NCBI GenBank assembly: GCA_035480635.1 | Contig: DATIHN010000019.1 | Location: 16,260 to 80,259 of the forward strand | Origin: Candidatus Saccharimonadales bacterium | Lineage (GTDB): Bacteria; Patescibacteriota; Saccharimonadia; UBA4664; DATIHN01 | DNA: 64,000 bases | Reading direction: 5' to 3' | Shown: positions 20,523 to 29,366 of the stretch, piece after piece | Numbering within the stretch: position 1 is the first letter of the stretch | Layout of the letters: the number at the start of each line of letters is the position of its first letter | Program-made: the position numbers and the translations under genes | The notes under the pieces: generated by a model | Told to the model about the DNA's origin: nothing | The model's input: the letters and a program-made list of their open reading frames with translations, nothing else | The model's database searches: none

Positions 20523-20570
20523 GGTTTTCAGGTTTAAGTATAGCGCTTATGGTGCCTGATTTCGAGCCTC

Positions 20571-21881
20571 CTACTCGTTTAACAAATCAATTACTAGAGC
20601 CGCCGTCCACGAAAAGCCCTCAATGCCGTAGGGTTTGCCATCCAGCGGGGAGAAATATTCGCTAAAACCGGATTTCTCGACCAAGGCGAGAGTTTTGGCT
20701 CGCAGTTCGCTGGCCAAATCGTCATAGCCGTAGCGCCTGAGCCCCTGAATGATCAGCCAGTTAGTGTTGACCCACGTCGGCCCCTGCCAATAGCGCTTCT
20801 GGCTAAACCCTGGCCAATCCAGGGCGGCCGTTGGCACTGGAAATTGTGGCCAATAACGTTTGGGATCCTGGAGAAGTTCGACCAACTTTGCTGCTTGTGC
20901 CTTGGTCGCCACACCAGCAATCAGAGGGAAGAAAGTGTTGATAGAGGGTGATTTAATCAGCTGGCCAGTGGTGTAGTCGCGAGAATAAAACTCCTGGCCG
21001 TCCCAGAGTTGCTGGATGGCTCGCTTGGTCCGAGTGGCAGCGGTTGCTAGTTCGTGAGGCAATTTAGCATCAATTAATCCGGCTAAGCGGCCGAGTGATT
21101 CGTTCGATACAACCAGCAGACAATTGGTGGTCAAACTCTCCACTGCGATGGTCGGGTGTTTAAGAATTTTTTTGCCATCATAGCCTTTGCGCCGCAGTTT
21201 GGCTGCCAGCACGACGGAACGGGCGGCATCATGGAGATCAAGCCGCTCTTCGGTCGGCACAATTCGGGTATCAGGCCTCAGGCGATTGACGACCGATTTT
21301 AAACCTAGCTTTAGGCCAATATTAAGATACAGAGGCAGACGCACTCGTTGAAGCATTTCGGTCCAGGGGGGTGTATTATCCAGCCCGTTTTCCCACAAGT
21401 GTACTAGTACCACCAAGCCCGTGCCTTTAGGATCGCGCTCCCGATACCACCACTGGTGATAGGCCACTAGCGCCGGATAAACTTGGCGGATGAACTCCTC
21501 GCGCAGGGCCGAACCCAAATGTTCCGCCACGATTTCGGCTGCCATGGCAATGACTGGTGGTTGGGTGATGCCCGATGTCAAAACCTGGCGGGGGGCAAAT
21601 TTGGAGCGATTGGAGCGCCAGAATTTTTGATCCAACCAGTAATCTTCGCTAGCGCCAAAAACCACATGTGGAATCATGCCGTTACCCCACTGGCTACGCA
21701 ACAGTGTTTGAATTTCTTGGGCCGCCCGTACCGGATCGTAATGGGCCAAGCCAATGGCGATGAAGGCCGAATCCCACAGCCATTGGTGGGGGTAGAGTTT
21801 AGTCGAAGGCACCGTATAGTCACCTTGATCGTTGGCCGCCAACACTCGTTTGGCAGCTTGTTCGAGTTGGATTAGCTTCAC
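20571..21881 (-). CDS. GH63-like glycoside hydrolase (mannosyl/glucosylglycerate hydrolase-like)
   Basis: LYPHQWLWDSAF, TQPP, WENGLDN, YWQGPTWVNTNW, EYF, FSWTAA. Confidence 0.85.
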   Translation of the reverse strand: MKLIQLEQAAKRVLAANDQGDYTVPSTKLYPHQWLWDSAFIAIGLAHYDPVRAAQEIQTLLRSQWGNGMIPHVVFGASEDYWLDQKFWRSNRSKFAPRQVLTSGITQPPVIAMAAEIVAEHLGSALREEFIRQVYPALVAYHQWWYRERDPKGTGLVVLVHLWENGLDNTPPWTEMLQRVRLPLYLNIGLKLGLKSVVNRLRPDTRIVPTEERLDLHDAARSVVLAAKLRRKGYDGKKILKHPTIAVESLTTNCLLVVSNESLGRLAGLIDAKLPHELATAATRTKRAIQQLWDGQEFYSRDYTTGQLIKSPSINTFFPLIAGVATKAQAAKLVELLQDPKRYWPQFPVPTAALDWPGFSQKRYWQGPTWVNTNWLIIQGLRRYGYDDLASELRAKTLALVEKSGFSEYFSPLDGKPYGIEGFSWTAALVIDLLNE

Positions 21882-21918
21882 CTACCTATTATAGTGCTTA
21901 TGGCAAACTTCAAATAAA

Positions 21919-22269
21919 TCTTCTTCCATCAACCGATTTTACCCAGCCCATTTTTTGTGTAAGCTCACTCTTATTACTCCCACAACTAGTACTAACTAAG
22001 TCGATACAAAAAAATGGGCTGGGGAGCCTATCTTTTGGATCATCTTGAGCAGATTGCTCATCGGTATACTCCCACTATCTATTTCTTCGCAATCTGCTGT
22101 CTAGAAAAAGGTAATAGTCGTTCGAGCCGAAAGACTGTACGTCCTATTAGCGAGCGACATAAACTGGCGAGCCAGTCTTAAGGCCGAACGACAAAATTCG
22201 CAGGGCAGGGGATATGGGGGTAAGAAGAGTGAGCTTACACAAAAAATTGGTGGGGAAAAGCGTATTAAA
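21919..22269. repeat. Structured intergenic element, copy B
   Basis: Colinear with 10591-10942; compensatory stems CCCAGCCCATTTTTT/AAAAAATGGGCTGGG and AAGACTG/CAGTCTT; 22214-22256 is a 42/43 inverted match to 10610-10652. Confidence 0.85.
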
Positions 22270-22288
22270 AACCTGTTGAGGGAGTTTT

Positions 22289-22588
22289 TTAAGGCGAGAA
22301 GGGATCGCTTTTACCGATATTGGTAAGATCAATCGGTGGGTTGAGCTGCTGGAGGTGATTGATAGTATCGATGGTCTTTTTATCAAAATTGATCTTGGTT
22401 TGATCGAGCTTAGCCCGCTGGTCTGCCAGATAAGCTTGATCTGGCTCTAGAGACACCAACCGACTAATCAAGAGCCCAGCATAGCCAACCAGCACAATTA
22501 CAGCTGCCACTATGAAGAGGCCTTTAAATTTCAGCGCTATGGCAGAGACTTTTTTGATTACGGCTTTAAAATTAATTTTTAGTTTCAT
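22289..22588 (-). CDS. Hypothetical pilus-cluster protein (PilP-position)
   Basis: Single TM, C-terminal DPF, last gene of pilMNO run. Confidence 0.7.
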   Translation of the reverse strand: MKLKINFKAVIKKVSAIALKFKGLFIVAAVIVLVGYAGLLISRLVSLEPDQAYLADQRAKLDQTKINFDKKTIDTINHLQQLNPPIDLTNIGKSDPFSP

Positions 22589-23136
22589 GGCTTGACGTAA
22601 ACATTTAGCGTAATGCTAAAGGTTAATCCTTTGTTATTGTCGGCTCGGGTAATTGATAGGGCCGAAACGTTACTGTAGCGGCCGAGGTTTTCGACTGAGG
22701 CCAAGAAGGCTTGGAGTTGATCGTAACTACCGGATAGCTGGAAGTTTATCGGCAGCGCTAGGACATCGCCGCTGCGAACGGTTTGACTGGTAGAAGTCGG
22801 TAAGCCATTGTTGGCTTGGAAACTGGCGCTCGGCAATTTCATGCCGGCGTTGGCGGCTAATTGTTGGATTTGCAAAACCACCTCGGACTGGTTCTTGTCC
22901 GTTGGTAGAGCGACATTGAGTTTAGCCAGCGCCGGTTGTAATTCTTGGAACTGCTTCTTCAAATCACTGAGTTGATCAAGGTGTTCTTGAGCCAGCGTGG
23001 CATCAGCCGCGGTTCGGGCTAGAGCACCGGTTTGGGTGCGGATCTTTTTGATACCCATATAAAAGCCGCCACCCAGAACTATGGTCAGTACCAAGCACAG
23101 ACCTAGCAGGATAAAGAAGAACTTCTTGGGTTTCAC
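22585..23136 (-). CDS. pilO: Type IV pilus protein PilO
   Basis: TM + coiled coil + LP...GSYDQLQAFLASVENLGR. Confidence 0.85.
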   Translation of the reverse strand: MKPKKFFFILLGLCLVLTIVLGGGFYMGIKKIRTQTGALARTAADATLAQEHLDQLSDLKKQFQELQPALAKLNVALPTDKNQSEVVLQIQQLAANAGMKLPSASFQANNGLPTSTSQTVRSGDVLALPINFQLSGSYDQLQAFLASVENLGRYSNVSALSITRADNNKGLTFSITLNVYVKP

Positions 23137-23675
23137 CTGGACGCTCCTGGTTTGAAGGCCACTGTCACGTTAACTTTATAGACCCCATCTGCTGGATTCG
23201 AGATATCGTCAATCGAGGCATCTTTGATCCGGCTCGACGTTACCAAGGCATCACGAAAGCTGACGGCCGAAGAGTAAGAATTGGCAGTGGCGGCAATTTT
23301 AACAGCCTGCTTGGAATCCCCCGTCAAACTAATCGAATTGATGAAGACGCCCCGCGGCGTGTGGGCCGCCAAGTCAGCTAGCAGACTGGAAAAGCGAGCC
23401 TGATCTCCCACCAAAGTTTTAAAGGCCTTCAAGCGGCTGTTGGCCGCTTGAGCCTGCGATTCTAGATCTTTATAGCCATTAATTTGGCTTTGCTTAGCCG
23501 CAATGTCTTTTTCGTAAGACTGTTTTTGATGGCTAATATAGACTTCAGCCCCGGCGAATTCGGCTCCGACTATCAGAATCACCAAGCTTAGCAACCAAAC
23601 GTAGCGGACCACAGTGCGGTTGCGTTTGGCGTAGCTGGTTTCGGCTTTGACTGTTGGCGGCAGCAGGTTGATCAT
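23133..23675 (-). CDS. pilN: Type IV pilus protein PilN
   Basis: N-terminal INLLP motif, TM, coiled coil. Confidence 0.88.
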   Translation of the reverse strand: MINLLPPTVKAETSYAKRNRTVVRYVWLLSLVILIVGAEFAGAEVYISHQKQSYEKDIAAKQSQINGYKDLESQAQAANSRLKAFKTLVGDQARFSSLLADLAAHTPRGVFINSISLTGDSKQAVKIAATANSYSSAVSFRDALVTSSRIKDASIDDISNPADGVYKVNVTVAFKPGASR

Positions 23676-24742
23676 GGCATGACCTCGAGTAAAGCCAGGC
23701 CGATGGCAGTGGCGTACATGGGCGCTTCCAGGGGATCTGGGCTTTTGACGTGTTTAATGCCCAGATTTTGCCAGGGGTTCGCTACCGTTAGTGGGACACC
23801 CAGGCTTTTGGTTAAATAATCAGTTAGACCCGGCATGTTAGCACTACCGCCGCTGACGACCACCGAGCTAATTTGCTGCTTGCCGGTGGTGCGATCTTGG
23901 TAGTACTTCATGGCTTTCTTCATTTCGCTGATCAAACTTTTTAACAATGGATCCAAAGCTTCCATGACCTTGGATTGCAACCCACTCGTGCCAATGCCAA
24001 ACTTGTATTTGATTTCATTAGCTTGTTCGGTGGTTATGCCCAAGTTTTTGACTAGAGCGGCCGTGACTTGATCGCCACCAACCGGAATCGTCCCAGTAAA
24101 GCGAATAACTTGATCGTAAACCGCCAGATCAGCCGAGATCGAGCCAAAGTCCAAAATCAAACTAGGGCCTTGAGCGTTGCTGGCCGCCATGACCGAGCGC
24201 GTGATCGACATTAAACTAATTTCGACAGCGGCAATACCCAGACCTAGGGCCGTAATCAGTTTGACGTAGGAATCAACAATGGCTCTGGGCGCTGCCACCA
24301 TCAAAATATCGGTGTGGGGTTCGCCTTTTTCGGGCTTATTAATGCCAATAATCTCATAATCCATGTACAAATCGGTTGGCGGCACCGGAATCGACTGCTC
24401 GGCTTCCAGGCGAATGGCCTCTTCCAAGTCCTTCTTGTCCATGATCGGTAGTTGCAGGGTCCTAGTAAAAACTTTGGCCACTGGCAGGGCCGTGGCCACT
24501 TTTTTGGCACTAAACTTCGATCCGCTGCTGGTAAGCACAGGGGCGATTTGTTTGGCCAAACTTTCGGGATCAACCACAATGCCCTCCACGACTGATTCGG
24601 CCGTGAAGTTGACATGACCATAGGCCACCACATCAACACCCTTGTTGCCATGGCGAACCTGAACTAACTTGGCATTATGACTACCAATGTCGAGACCCAT
24701 TAGGGAGCTCTTGCGGTAGACCAGGGGAGTTTGCAACCTCAC
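23672..24742 (-). CDS. pilM: Type IV pilus protein PilM
   Basis: GLDIGS, LDFG, VSGGSA, ANPW, AIGLAL actin-like ATPase fold. Confidence 0.93.
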   Translation of the reverse strand: MRLQTPLVYRKSSLMGLDIGSHNAKLVQVRHGNKGVDVVAYGHVNFTAESVVEGIVVDPESLAKQIAPVLTSSGSKFSAKKVATALPVAKVFTRTLQLPIMDKKDLEEAIRLEAEQSIPVPPTDLYMDYEIIGINKPEKGEPHTDILMVAAPRAIVDSYVKLITALGLGIAAVEISLMSITRSVMAASNAQGPSLILDFGSISADLAVYDQVIRFTGTIPVGGDQVTAALVKNLGITTEQANEIKYKFGIGTSGLQSKVMEALDPLLKSLISEMKKAMKYYQDRTTGKQQISSVVVSGGSANMPGLTDYLTKSLGVPLTVANPWQNLGIKHVKSPDPLEAPMYATAIGLALLEVMP

Positions 24743-24927
24743 CTCTCTCGTAGCATTAGCAGTTTAATTATAGCACGAGCGCTTTGACTTTCTAGGGTAA
24801 TAAATATTGACAATATACTAGTAAAAAGGTTTAATTAATCGGTAATTTGACACCGCCGCAGTTAGTCGGTAAAACCCTGGCAATCAGCCAAAAAGGGTAC
24901 ACTGGCGGCCCAACGAAAGGCAGACCA

Positions 24928-25527
24928 ATGCCTGGTTCCATTCACTCCATGTCGGTCGGCAAGCTCGAAAGGTTCCTTGAAACCTTAGATGCCGCCGGTG
25001 TGGCCGAAGATGATGTCGACAATCTTCTGGCTGGCAACCGTGTCGGTCGCAAACTGACCAACTGGTGGGTGGATCAGTTAAAGAAGCGGCGAGCCGACGA
25101 ACCAATCGCTGCGTTGAAAATCAACTATAGTCAGTCCTTGGCCAAGATGATCGCGGCGGGTGAATTCGATCGCGTTTCTCCGGGGATTACCGAAGAGAGC
25201 TTCCCCATTGCGCCAGGTCCTGAGCGAGTTGAAGCCACTCGGCTGCAGTTCGAGACTTCCTGTACAACAGGCTACGTCTTGACCGAGATGGAGCGTAGGC
25301 TACTGCGGCCAGCGACATTGCCGGAGCTGCTGGCCTTTGCGAGGTCGGGTCATCAAAGCGTACTGCCGACCATCGCTCTTGGGGCAGCACACAGACCAAA
25401 TCCAGTTAGCTACAGCTTCGTCTGCAGCCTGATGTTCGACGAGACAGGCAGTCATCTCCTGCTTGAGGCGGACAAAAATGACTGGGATCCCGGAGTGTTG
25501 TTTCTGGCCATTCGTAAGTACTCGTAG
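24928..25527 (+). CDS. Orphan hypothetical protein inserted antisense in pilus cluster
   Basis: ATG after GAAAGG; own TTGACA-17-TTTAAT promoter near 24808 and hairpin at 25540-25565. Confidence 0.65.
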   Translation: MPGSIHSMSVGKLERFLETLDAAGVAEDDVDNLLAGNRVGRKLTNWWVDQLKKRRADEPIAALKINYSQSLAKMIAAGEFDRVSPGITEESFPIAPGPERVEATRLQFETSCTTGYVLTEMERRLLRPATLPELLAFARSGHQSVLPTIALGAAHRPNPVSYSFVCSLMFDETGSHLLLEADKNDWDPGVLFLAIRKYS

Positions 25528-25580
25528 AAGGAATACACTGTGCCCGCTCATTCGTGAGCGGGCACTTTACTTTTATAACC

Positions 25581-25606
25581 AAAAAACGGCCCTCGGGCCG
25601 TTTTTT
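25581..25606. terminator. Bidirectional intrinsic terminator
   Basis: AAAAAACGGCCC-TC-GGGCCGTTTTTT between convergent genes. Confidence 0.85.
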
Positions 25607-25621
25607 GTGAGTCAAACTAAA

Positions 25622-26053
25622 CTAGTTGGTGCTGGTGACTTCGTAGGTGTTGGTCGTACCAGCTTTAATCTGCGAGTCCTTGGTGTTTTCCAAGGTTGCA
25701 TCGAGGACGTAGCTAGTACAAGCGCCAGCGGCACAACCCGATGGGACCGGGGTGTAAACGTAGGCGGGGTTACCGGACTTAGGATCTGCCGGCATACTGG
25801 GGATATAGGCCGTCACCAAATGGGCGCTTAGACCAGCGTAGTCTCCAGCTGGATAGGCATTGTTGTCATTGTAGTAGGTTTCGAGGGCGTTTTTGACCGC
25901 GCGCATATCACTCTTACGCTGAGCGTCGCGGGCTCGCTTCGGACCACTGGCCAGACCTGGCACGATGATCAACGCCAAAATACCAATAATGACGATTACG
26001 ATCAGAAGTTCGAGCAGGGTGAAACCTTGCTGCCTTCTTAACAATTTACGCAT
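25622..26053 (-). CDS. Type IV pilin / GspG-like prepilin
   Basis: QQG|FTLLELLIVIVIIGILA class III signal; ARDAQRKSD. Confidence 0.92.
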   Translation of the reverse strand: MRKLLRRQQGFTLLELLIVIVIIGILALIIVPGLASGPKRARDAQRKSDMRAVKNALETYYNDNNAYPAGDYAGLSAHLVTAYIPSMPADPKSGNPAYVYTPVPSGCAAGACTSYVLDATLENTKDSQIKAGTTNTYEVTSTN

Positions 26054-26143
26054 GTGAGTGCTCACCTCCTTTATATTATGGCGATTCAGCAGTTAAGCTG
26101 TAATCACAGTAATAATAAAGCGCCTATGCTTAGAAGTCAATCA

Positions 26144-27352
26144 CTAAACTTGGTTATTCAGCTGCGAAATTGGGCCGAAGACCGATAGCACGATGAAGCC
26201 GATCATGACGCCTAGGGCGATAATTAAAACTGGTTCGATGATGGAAGCAATGCTTGAGATGACGGTATCAACTTCGCGTTCGTAAAAATCGGCCACTTTA
26301 ACTAAAATTTCATCTAATTTACCGGTTTCTTCGCCAACCAGCGTCATTTGCGCCACAATCGGGGGAAAGAGTTCCGAGTTTTTGAGCGGCTCGGAAATTG
26401 ATTTACCGTTGCGGATGGCCCGGGCCATTTCATCCAAGGCATCACTGAAAAGGCTGTTTTTGAGGGCCGATTTGGTGGCGGTTAGAGCTTCCATGACATT
26501 AATTCCGGAAGACAGTAGCGAACCAAAGGTTCGAGCGAACCTGGCCACGTTGACTTTAATAATAATGGGCCCAACGATCGGCGCTTTGGTTAGGACCCGA
26601 TCGACAATGCGTTTGCCCCGAGCAGTCGCATGAAAGCGGATGAAGGTTACCACTATGGCCACCATTATGATAATTAATATGTACCAGAAGTGAGTCATAA
26701 AGTTGCTTATTCCCAACAAGATTCGGGTGTAAATTGGCAACTGGCCGCCTAAGTCTTTGAAGATGACCGACAGTTTCGGAACGATGACGGTCATCAAAAA
26801 GAAGAAGGCAAATACGGCCACGGTCGAAATAACACCAGGATAAATCATGGCGCCGCGGACTTTGCCGACGATTTCGGCGTCTTTTTCTTGCTGCGTGGCT
26901 AAGCGCTCGAGGACCTCATCCAAAATACCACCAGTTTCGCCGGCCCGGACCATGTTGATGTAAACGTAGCTAAAAACGTCGGGGTGCTGGGCCAGGGCAT
27001 CAGCTAGAGTCCCGCCGCTTTCCACCCGCTTAGTGGCATCGCGCAAAGCCTCTTGCAGGCGTTTGGATTCGGAAGCCTCCTCGCTCAATATCGTCAGCGC
27101 CTTGACGATCGGGACACCGGCATTGACCATGGTGGCCAACTGGCGCGAAAAGATGACTTTGTCTTTGAGCTTGACCTTGCGGCCTTTTTTAAACAGGCCA
27201 AAGCCGCCGCCCTCCTTTTGCTCTTTGACTAAGACCGGCACCAAGTTTTGTTGCGACAGGCTAGCGAGCGCCGCCGCTCGGTCGGTGGCTGTAAGAGTCC
27301 CTTGTTGCATGGAGCCAGTTTTAGTCCTGGCAGTGTAGCTAAACTGTGCCAT
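26144..27352 (-). CDS. pilC: Type IV pilus platform protein PilC (GspF family)
   Basis: FSRQLATM, AGETGG, AMIYP, GEETGKL, IIEP. Confidence 0.95.
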   Translation of the reverse strand: MAQFSYTARTKTGSMQQGTLTATDRAAALASLSQQNLVPVLVKEQKEGGGFGLFKKGRKVKLKDKVIFSRQLATMVNAGVPIVKALTILSEEASESKRLQEALRDATKRVESGGTLADALAQHPDVFSYVYINMVRAGETGGILDEVLERLATQQEKDAEIVGKVRGAMIYPGVISTVAVFAFFFLMTVIVPKLSVIFKDLGGQLPIYTRILLGISNFMTHFWYILIIIMVAIVVTFIRFHATARGKRIVDRVLTKAPIVGPIIIKVNVARFARTFGSLLSSGINVMEALTATKSALKNSLFSDALDEMARAIRNGKSISEPLKNSELFPPIVAQMTLVGEETGKLDEILVKVADFYEREVDTVISSIASIIEPVLIIALGVMIGFIVLSVFGPISQLNNQV

Positions 27353-29286
27353 TATTCTTTGGTGACCCTTAGGATCTCCTCGATTGTAGTTAGCCCGCGA
27401 ACGGCTTTGGTAAAGCCATCTTGCTGCATCGTTTTCATACCAGCCTTGATGCCAGCGGTTTGAATATCTTCGCTGGTTGCGCGCGTCACAATCATTTTTT
27501 GGACTATGGCATCAATTTCTAGGACTTCGTAGATGCCGATGCGGCCGTTATAACCTGTCGGGCCGCACTGATCACAGCCAGGTCCCGGTTTGAAGAGAAT
27601 AAATTGATCTTTGCTGAGCGTTTTGGGATCGATTTTGGGTGCGGCTTGGGCTACAGCCGCCGGTTTATTAACATCCGAAGGGCGGTTAATAATGTTGGGG
27701 TCGGTCGTAATTTTATCGAGAATTGAATCGTCTTTGGTGATTTTATGTAAGGGTTTTACGACTCGCTCATTCATACCGGCTTTGGCAGGTTCTACGGTTG
27801 CCGGTTTTGGTTCCGGTGCCGCCGGCGCTGCCTGGGGTAAGACGGCCGCGGCCAGAGCTTGATCGACCTGAAAAGTCTTGCGGATATCGGTCATCTCCTC
27901 GGCCGAGGGCAAATACTGAACGCGACAAACATTACACAACCGGCGCACCAGACGCTGGCCAATAACGGTGTTAACGGTGGAGGCGATTAGGAATGGTTCA
28001 ATCCCCATATCGAGCAAGCGCGGCAGGGTGGTGGCGGCATTGTTGGTGTGCAGGGTTGAGAGCACAATGTGGCCGGTTAGGGCAGCCTGCACCGCCAAAT
28101 CGGCTGTTTCTTTATCGCGAATCTCGCCGACCATGATGATATTGGGGTCTTGGCGCAGCAGGGCTCTAAGCCCATTGGCAAAAGTCATGCCGGCTTTGGG
28201 GTTAACTTGGGTTTGATTAACGCCTTGGATGCGATATTCCACCGGATCTTCGACCGTTGAAATGTTGATGCCAGGTGTATTAAGCAAGCTCAAAATACTA
28301 TACAGCGTCGTCGATTTACCCGAACCGGTCGGGCCGGTCACTAGGGTCATGCCATGGGGTTTCTTCAGGTTGCGGTTAATGACTTCCAGCGATCGCCCCT
28401 CGAAGCCTAATTCTTCCAGCGTTTGGGCCTTGGTTGATTCATCGAGCAAGCGCATGACGACTTTTTCGCCATCCATTACCGGTAGGGTCGAAACTCTAAG
28501 GGCCACTGATTTGGAACCCAAGGAAAATTTGAAACGACCATCCTGGGGGATACGATGTTCGTCAATTTTAAGGTTAGCTAGAATTTTGATACGAGAAACC
28601 ACGGCGTTCAAAATCGGTTTGGGAAGGGTCATACTTTCTTGCAAAACCCCATCGATGCGGTAGCGGACTTGGACCAAATTTTCGCGCGGTTCGATGTGAA
28701 CATCCGAGGCCCGAGCTTTGATGCCGTATTCCAAAATGATGTTCACGGTTTTGGCAATTGGCGCATCCTCGGCTAAATCCTTGGCACTAACCTCTTGATC
28801 CTTGCTTTCCTCTTCCGATGAATCGTGAATGGCTTTGGTAATTTCGCTATCGATGTTGCCCTTGTACTGATCGATCAAGGCCAAAATGTCGGAGCTAGCG
28901 GCGGCGTGCACTTTGACGGGGTGACCGAGCTGCTTTTCGATGAAATCAATGGCTTGGAAATCTTCCGGGTCGGCCATGGCCAAATCCAGCTCACCCTTTT
29001 TATCGCCAAACAAGACGACCTGATATTTGCGGGCAATCCGTTCAGGGATTTTGGTCAGAGTGCTTTTGGGCAGCTTGACGTTGGCCAGATCCACGAACGG
29101 TACATCGATGCTAGTGGCATAGAGCTTTACCAAGTCTTTTTCGCTAATAATTTTGCGCTTCAAGACGGTTTGAAGCAGGGTTTCGCCCGATTCTTCGGTG
29201 AATTTTTCGGCGTCTTTGAGCGAGACCGGCTTGACCTTATCGGAAGCCAGCAGCAGTTTCTTGAGCTCCTTATCCGCGATCTGCAT
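27352..29286 (-). CDS. pilB: Type IV pilus assembly ATPase PilB (GspE family)
   Basis: ASDVHIEP, GPTGSGKSTT, LRQDPNIIMVGEIRD, TLHTN. Confidence 0.96.
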   Translation of the reverse strand: MQIADKELKKLLLASDKVKPVSLKDAEKFTEESGETLLQTVLKRKIISEKDLVKLYATSIDVPFVDLANVKLPKSTLTKIPERIARKYQVVLFGDKKGELDLAMADPEDFQAIDFIEKQLGHPVKVHAAASSDILALIDQYKGNIDSEITKAIHDSSEEESKDQEVSAKDLAEDAPIAKTVNIILEYGIKARASDVHIEPRENLVQVRYRIDGVLQESMTLPKPILNAVVSRIKILANLKIDEHRIPQDGRFKFSLGSKSVALRVSTLPVMDGEKVVMRLLDESTKAQTLEELGFEGRSLEVINRNLKKPHGMTLVTGPTGSGKSTTLYSILSLLNTPGINISTVEDPVEYRIQGVNQTQVNPKAGMTFANGLRALLRQDPNIIMVGEIRDKETADLAVQAALTGHIVLSTLHTNNAATTLPRLLDMGIEPFLIASTVNTVIGQRLVRRLCNVCRVQYLPSAEEMTDIRKTFQVDQALAAAVLPQAAPAAPEPKPATVEPAKAGMNERVVKPLHKITKDDSILDKITTDPNIINRPSDVNKPAAVAQAAPKIDPKTLSKDQFILFKPGPGCDQCGPTGYNGRIGIYEVLEIDAIVQKMIVTRATSEDIQTAGIKAGMKTMQQDGFTKAVRGLTTIEEILRVTKE

Positions 29287-29366
29287 ATACCGAAATTATA
29301 GCATAAGGGTAATCCCGGATTGAAAATGTAACGACCCCGTCTGACGACGAGGTCGCAAGAGTCGTC

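Noticed and set aside
22040-22070. Hammerhead-like CCGAUGAG on the minus strand of copy B
   Set aside because: Not CUGANGA, no correctly placed GAAA, and copy A reads CCCAUGAG
10610-22256. Classical composite transposon or IS
   Set aside because: No transposase or integrase ORF, no target-site duplication, and the cargo is core housekeeping genes
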